A stretch of 64,000 bases of DNA from an uncultured Gemmiger sp. (GTDB lineage Bacteria; Bacillota; Clostridia; Oscillospirales; Ruminococcaceae): NCBI GenBank assembly GCA_944388175.1, contig CALXHR010000008.1, forward strand, positions 2,243 to 66,242, in the 5' to 3' direction. Below, piece after piece: positions 59,441 through 64,000 of the stretch. The translations under genes and the position numbers were made by a program. Position 1 is the first letter of the stretch, and every line of letters begins with the position of its first letter. Under the pieces are notes generated by a model, which had not been told where the DNA came from, did not search any database, and was given only the letters and a program-made list of their open reading frames with translations.

Positions 59441-59469
59441 TTGCCTTTCCTGAAAGCGTGTGCTATTGT
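59441..59469 (+). promoter_or_regulatory. Promoter of the cas5-cas8c-cas7-cas4-cas1 operon
   Basis: TTGCCT-N17-TATTGT with TGn extended -10. Confidence 0.65.
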
Positions 59470-59483
59470 TACCTCGCAGGAAG

Positions 59484-59507
59484 CTTTACATATTACATTC
59501 AATAGAA
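59484..59507 (-). promoter_or_regulatory. PAM-flanked target of the crRNA-like RNA in the cas5 leader
   Basis: TTC PAM (59505-59507) plus TATTGAATGTAATATGTAAAG; 17/21 match to the spacer. Confidence 0.7.
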
Positions 59508-59525
59508 ATAAATGAAAGGAGTTGA

Positions 59526-60176
59526 ATGCCTATGATCCAACTGGAAGTGTGGGGTCCCTATGCCCTGTTTTGCCGCCCTGAACTCAAAGTAGAGCGCGTT
59601 TCCTACGACGTTCCGACCCCTTCGGCGGCGCGGGGTCTTGTGGAAGCCCTTTATTTCCATCCCGGTTTGCGTTGGCACATCAGCAGAATTTACGTACTGA
59701 ACCCCATCCGTTTCGTCAGCGTTCGCCGTAACGAGGTCGCAAGCAAAATATCCGCGCGCAACGTTCGTCAGGCCGCGCAGGGGGGCGGGCAGCCGCTGTA
59801 TCTTGCTACACCGCAGGAGATCGTACAGCGCGCTTCCCTGCTTTTGCAGGACGTCCACTATGTGATCGAAGCGCATTTTACCATGACGGACAAAGCCGCC
59901 CCCAGCGACAACCCCGGCAAATTCCAGGACATCGTCACCCGCCGCATGGAACGGGGGCAGTGTTTCCACACACCATATTTCGGCTGCCGGGAGTTTCCTG
60001 CTGCTTTCCGGCGCTGGCCGGGCGGCCCCATCCCTGCCATCGACGAAACGCGCGACCTGGGGTTGATGCTGTACGGCTTTGACTACAGCGACCCACAAAA
60101 CATTACGCCGACCTTTTTCCGGGCCCGACTGGAACACGGCGTGCTGGACACGCAGAATTGCGAGGTGTTCCGATGA
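59526..60176 (+). CDS. cas5: Type I-C Cas5 (Cas5d)
   Basis: ALFCRPELKVERVSYDVPTPSAARG, RRNEV, PYFGCREF. Confidence 0.95.
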   Translation: MPMIQLEVWGPYALFCRPELKVERVSYDVPTPSAARGLVEALYFHPGLRWHISRIYVLNPIRFVSVRRNEVASKISARNVRQAAQGGGQPLYLATPQEIVQRASLLLQDVHYVIEAHFTMTDKAAPSDNPGKFQDIVTRRMERGQCFHTPYFGCREFPAAFRRWPGGPIPAIDETRDLGLMLYGFDYSDPQNITPTFFRARLEHGVLDTQNCEVFR

Positions 60177-61912
60177 TCTTGCAGGCATTGACGCAATATT
60201 ACAAGGCGCTGGCGGACGCCGGTAAGATCACCCGTCCCGGCTGGGCAAAAGCCAAAGTATCTTTCGCTTTGTGTCTGGACGACACCGGGCAGATCATGCA
60301 GCTGCTGCACCTGCAGCAGGAAATACAACGCAGGAAAAAGACCGTCCTTGCCCCGCAGGAGCTGGATATGCCGTCCCCCGTCAAACGTACGGTTGGCGTG
60401 GCCGCCAATTTCCTGTGCGACAACAGCAGTTATCTGTTGGGAACCGACGACAAAGGCAAGCCGGCCCGTTCGCTCGAATGCTTTTCCGCCGCTAAATCCC
60501 TGCATCTGGCTCTGCTAAAAGATGTCGACTCCCCTGCCGCACAGGCGATTGTCCGTTTTTTTGAGACTTGGGATCCGGCGCAGGCCGCGGAGCACCCGGC
60601 TTTGCGGGAAGATTGGGCGGACCTGATGAAGGGCGGGAACCTGACCTTTTGGTACCAGGCCGCGCCGGCGGCAGCCGACCCGGCAATCGCCGCCGCCTGG
60701 CAACAGCAATACGAGAGCGGCGGCGAAGATGCCGAGGACGTGCTCTGTCTCGTCACCGGGCAGCACACAACGTTGGCCCGCCTGCACCCCAGCATCAAGG
60801 GGGTGGCCGGGGCGCAAAGCAGCGGTGCATCGCTGGTCGCTTTCAACGCGCCCGCCTTCTGCTCGTATGAGCACGAGCAGGGCGCAAACGCCCCCACCGG
60901 CGAATACGCCGCTTTCGCCTACACAACGGCGCTCAATACGTTGCTGGCCGACCGCAACCATATCTGCCGTGTGGGTGACACGACGATCGTTTTCTGGGCG
61001 GCAAACGCAGAACCAGTGTACCAAAACTTTATGATGGATAGCCTGTTCAACGATTCTTACAGCGAGCAGGACCTTTTGGCCACACTGCATCAGCTGGCAA
61101 ACGGGGAGAGTATCGACTGGGATCAGACACGGCTGGACCCTGCCATCCGTTTTTATGTGCTGGGTTTAGCCCCCAATGCGGCGCGTCTCTCGGTGCGGTT
61201 TTTCTGGCAGAACAACTTCGGGACGCTGGCACGCAACATCGCCCGCCATTATGAACGTCTCGACATCGTGCGCCCTTCGTTTGACAAATTCCCCACACTG
61301 CCCGTCTGGCGCCTGGTGAAGGAGACGGTCCGGCGCCCCACCCCCGGCGCCGCCCCTGCCGACCCCAGCCCGCGCCTGGCCGGCGACCTGCTGCTGGCCG
61401 TGCTGAACGACGCGCCTTACCCCACCACGCTGCTGGACGGCGTGAGCCTGCGCATCCGCGCCGAGCGGGATGTAACCCGCGGCAAAGCCGCGATCCTCAA
61501 AGCCTATTACCTGCGCAATTCGTCCGACAAAAATATCAAGGAGGTCATGACTGTGGAACTCAACGAACAAAGCGCCTACTTGCCGTATGTGCTGGGGCGG
61601 CTGTTTTCTGTGCTGGAAGCGGTGCAGCAAAGCGCCAACCCCGGCATCAACACCACCATCAAGGATCGGTATTTCAACTCTGCTTCCGCCACGCCGGCCG
61701 CTGTGTTCCCACTGCTCATCAACCTGGCGCAGAAGCATCTGGCCAAGCTGGACGGCGGCCTTGCCACCTATTACGACAAAAAGATCACCGAGCTGAACAG
61801 CCGCATTACCTGCACGCTGCCCGCCCGCATGAGCCTGCCGGAGCAGAGCGCTTTTCAGATCGGCTATTACCACGAGACCCAGAAACGCTACACCAAAAAG
61901 GAGGAAAACTGA
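60173..61912 (+). CDS. cas8c: Type I-C Cas8c/Csd1
   Basis: MILQAL..YY, ANFLCDN, CLVTG, LVAFN..AF.SY, PNAARLSVRF. Confidence 0.95.
   Translation: MILQALTQYYKALADAGKITRPGWAKAKVSFALCLDDTGQIMQLLHLQQEIQRRKKTVLAPQELDMPSPVKRTVGVAANFLCDNSSYLLGTDDKGKPARSLECFSAAKSLHLALLKDVDSPAAQAIVRFFETWDPAQAAEHPALREDWADLMKGGNLTFWYQAAPAAADPAIAAAWQQQYESGGEDAEDVLCLVTGQHTTLARLHPSIKGVAGAQSSGASLVAFNAPAFCSYEHEQGANAPTGEYAAFAYTTALNTLLADRNHICRVGDTTIVFWAANAEPVYQNFMMDSLFNDSYSEQDLLATLHQLANGESIDWDQTRLDPAIRFYVLGLAPNAARLSVRFFWQNNFGTLARNIARHYERLDIVRPSFDKFPTLPVWRLVKETVRRPTPGAAPADPSPRLAGDLLLAVLNDAPYPTTLLDGVSLRIRAERDVTRGKAAILKAYYLRNSSDKNIKEVMTVELNEQSAYLPYVLGRLFSVLEAVQQSANPGINTTIKDRYFNSASATPAAVFPLLINLAQKHLAKLDGGLATYYDKKITELNSRITCTLPARMSLPEQSAFQIGYYHETQKRYTKKEEN
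61553..61912 (+). CDS. cas11: Cas11c, in-frame internal translation product of cas8c
   Basis: AAGGAGG at 61538-61544, 8 nt before the in-frame GTG; product begins MELNEQSAYLPYVLGRLFSVLE. Confidence 0.75.
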   Translation: MELNEQSAYLPYVLGRLFSVLEAVQQSANPGINTTIKDRYFNSASATPAAVFPLLINLAQKHLAKLDGGLATYYDKKITELNSRITCTLPARMSLPEQSAFQIGYYHETQKRYTKKEEN

Positions 61913-61913
61913 A

Positions 61914-62798
61914 ATGTCTGAGCCTATCAAAAATCGCTATGATTTTGTCATCCTGTTCGACGTCGAAAACGGTAACCCCAACGGTGACCCCGACGCCGGC
62001 AATATGCCCCGCGTCGACCCCGAGACCGGCTATGGTTTGGTAACCGACGTCTGTCTCAAACGCAAGATCCGCAATTATGTCGAGACCGCCAAAGAGGACG
62101 CCGCCGGCTACCGCATCTACATCAAGGATCAGGTGCCGCTGCAGCGCAGCGACGCCGAAGCGTTGGCCTATCTGGGCGTAAACAAAGATTTGAAAGCCGC
62201 CAAAAAAGACGACCCGACACTGGACGGCAAAATCCGCGATTTCATGTGCCAGAACTTTTTTGACATCCGCACCTTTGGCGCGGTGATGACCACTTTCGTC
62301 AAAGGCGCGCTCAACTGCGGCCAGGTGCGCGGCCCGGTGCAGCTGGGCTTTGCCCGCAGCATCGACCCCATTCTGCCGCAGGAAGTCACCATCACACGCG
62401 TAGCTATCACCACCGAAGCGGACGCCGAGAAAAAAGGAACCGAGATGGGCCGCAAGTACATTGTCCCCTATGCCCTCTACCGTGCCGAAGGCTTTATCTC
62501 AGCCAACTTGGCCCGCAAGGTCACCGGCTTCTCGGAGGAAGACCTGCAGCTTCTGTGGCAGGCCATTCTCAATATGTTCGAGAACGACCACAGCGCCGCC
62601 CGTGGCAAGATGGCTGTGCGCGAGCTGATCGTCTTCCGCCACGATTCCGAACTTGGCAATGCACCGTCCTATAAGTTGTTCGACGCCGTGCACGTTGCGC
62701 GCAAACCCGACGTAACCGTCCCGCGCAGCTACCGCGACTATATTGTCGATGTGGATGCAGCCCTGCCCGCCGGCGTCACCTGCGAAAGGTTGACCTGA
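61914..62798 (+). CDS. cas7: Type I-C Cas7/Csd2
   Basis: NGNPNGDPDAGNMPR, TDVCLKRKIRN, FDIRTFGAV, RGPVQ, DHSAARG. Confidence 0.96.
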   Translation: MSEPIKNRYDFVILFDVENGNPNGDPDAGNMPRVDPETGYGLVTDVCLKRKIRNYVETAKEDAAGYRIYIKDQVPLQRSDAEALAYLGVNKDLKAAKKDDPTLDGKIRDFMCQNFFDIRTFGAVMTTFVKGALNCGQVRGPVQLGFARSIDPILPQEVTITRVAITTEADAEKKGTEMGRKYIVPYALYRAEGFISANLARKVTGFSEEDLQLLWQAILNMFENDHSAARGKMAVRELIVFRHDSELGNAPSYKLFDAVHVARKPDVTVPRSYRDYIVDVDAALPAGVTCERLT

Positions 62799-63472
62799 TG
62801 GCTCCCGACGACTACCTGATGATGTCCGGGCTGCAGCATTTCTGCTTCTGCCGCCGGCAGTGGGCGCTGATCCATCTGGAACAGCAATGGTCCGAAAACC
62901 AGCGCACCGCCGAAGGGCATCTGCTGCACGAGCGTTGCCACGACGACACTTTGCGCGAAAAGCGCGGCGATCTGCTGACGGTGCGCGGCATGCAGGTGGT
63001 CAGCCACCGATTGCGGCTGGCCGGCGTCTGCGACGTGGTGGAATTCCGCGCCGACCCGGCCGGCGTGCCGCTGCAGGGGCAGCCGGGGCGATGGCTTCCC
63101 CTGCCGGTCGAGTATAAGCACGGCGCGCCCAAACAAAGCGATGCCGACCGCCTGCAGCTGTGCGCCCAGGCCATGGCGCTGGAGGAGATGCTCGTGTGCG
63201 AAGTGCCGCGCGGCGCGCTTTTCTACGCCGAGACCCGCCGCCGTGAATGGGTCGACCTGACGCCGGAACTGCGGCAAAAGACGCAGCAGACGGCCGACGA
63301 GATGAACGACTATTTTGCCCGCGGCTATACCCCCAAGGTCAAGCCGGGCAAACACTGCAACGCCTGCTCGCTCAAAGCGCTGTGCCTGCCGGCGCTCTGC
63401 CGCCGCGCCGACGCTGCCGGGTATATCCGGGCACATCTGCAAGAGACCGCGGAGGGGGGCGTTACTGAATGA
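62798..63472 (+). CDS. cas4: Cas4 exonuclease
   Basis: QHFCFCRRQWAL, DVVE, PVEYKHG, QLCAQA, CNACSL...C. Confidence 0.95.
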   Translation: MAPDDYLMMSGLQHFCFCRRQWALIHLEQQWSENQRTAEGHLLHERCHDDTLREKRGDLLTVRGMQVVSHRLRLAGVCDVVEFRADPAGVPLQGQPGRWLPLPVEYKHGAPKQSDADRLQLCAQAMALEEMLVCEVPRGALFYAETRRREWVDLTPELRQKTQQTADEMNDYFARGYTPKVKPGKHCNACSLKALCLPALCRRADAAGYIRAHLQETAEGGVTE

Positions 63473-64000
63473 GAAAACTGCTCAACACGCTGTTCGTGCT
63501 GACCGAAAGCAGCTACCTGACGCTGGACGGCGAAAACGTCGTCGTCAGCCAGGACAAGACCGAGACGGCGCGCTTCCCGCTGCACACGCTGGAGAGCATC
63601 CTCTGCTTCTCTTACGCCGGCGCTTCCCCTGCCCTGATGGGCGCTTGCGCCGGGCGGGACGTCGACCTGGCGTTTTTCACGCCCCGCGGCCGATTTTTGG
63701 CTCGCGCCGTCGGCGAGACCCGGGGCAACGTGCTGCTGCGCCAGCAGCAGTACCGCGCGGCGGACGACCCCGGCGTCAGCTGCCGGTACGCCAAGGGGTT
63801 TCTGCTGGGCAAAGTCTACAACGCTCGCTGGGTGCTGGAACGCGCCACCCGCGACCATCCCCAGCGGGTGCCGGTGGACAAGCTCAAACGGTTGTCCGGC
63901 CAACTGGCCGCAGCGCTGCCGCGCATCGAGGACGCCATGACGACCGAGGAACTGCGCGGCATCGAGGGCGAGGCCGCCAAGCTTTACTTTGACGGCTTTG
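63469..64000 (+). CDS. cas1: Type I-C Cas1 (truncated by window edge)
   Basis: MRKLLNTLFV, PLHTLE, GNVLLRQQQY, LRGIEGEAA. Confidence 0.95.
   Translation, partial: MRKLLNTLFVLTESSYLTLDGENVVVSQDKTETARFPLHTLESILCFSYAGASPALMGACAGRDVDLAFFTPRGRFLARAVGETRGNVLLRQQQYRAADDPGVSCRYAKGFLLGKVYNARWVLERATRDHPQRVPVDKLKRLSGQLAAALPRIEDAMTTEELRGIEGEAAKLYFDGF

Noticed and set aside
63469-64000. CRISPR array
   Set aside because: No array in the window; it is expected beyond cas1-cas2, outside the sequence

Overview
High-GC chromosomal segment from a spore-forming Clostridia member; Oscillospiraceae (Gemmiger/Subdoligranulum-like) is my inference from gene content and GC. Most of the window is housekeeping and metabolic genes: dnaX with SRP RNA, a metF/split metH/cbiK/corrinoid-ABC operon, ftsK, tepA, rex, tdk, htpG with CIRCE sites, a LanFEG-like ABC with a two-component system, nucleoside uptake and catabolism, a topoisomerase IV-like pair, pgm, comM, a GldAFG-like ABC, asnB, coaBC/coaX and tRNA-Leu. 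It ends in a type I-C CRISPR-Cas locus (cas3, cas5, cas8c with internal cas11, cas7, cas4, partial cas1). The standout is in the cas3-cas5 intergenic region: a minus-strand, independently promoted and terminated crRNA-like small RNA. It consists of one degenerate I-C repeat plus a ~25-nt spacer that matches a TTC-PAM-flanked site in the cas5 operon leader (17/21; mismatches at 6, 12, 14, 19). This is a candidate Cascade-guided autorepression circuit. Start codons were adjusted by eye from RBS context, and all calls are motif-based without database searches.
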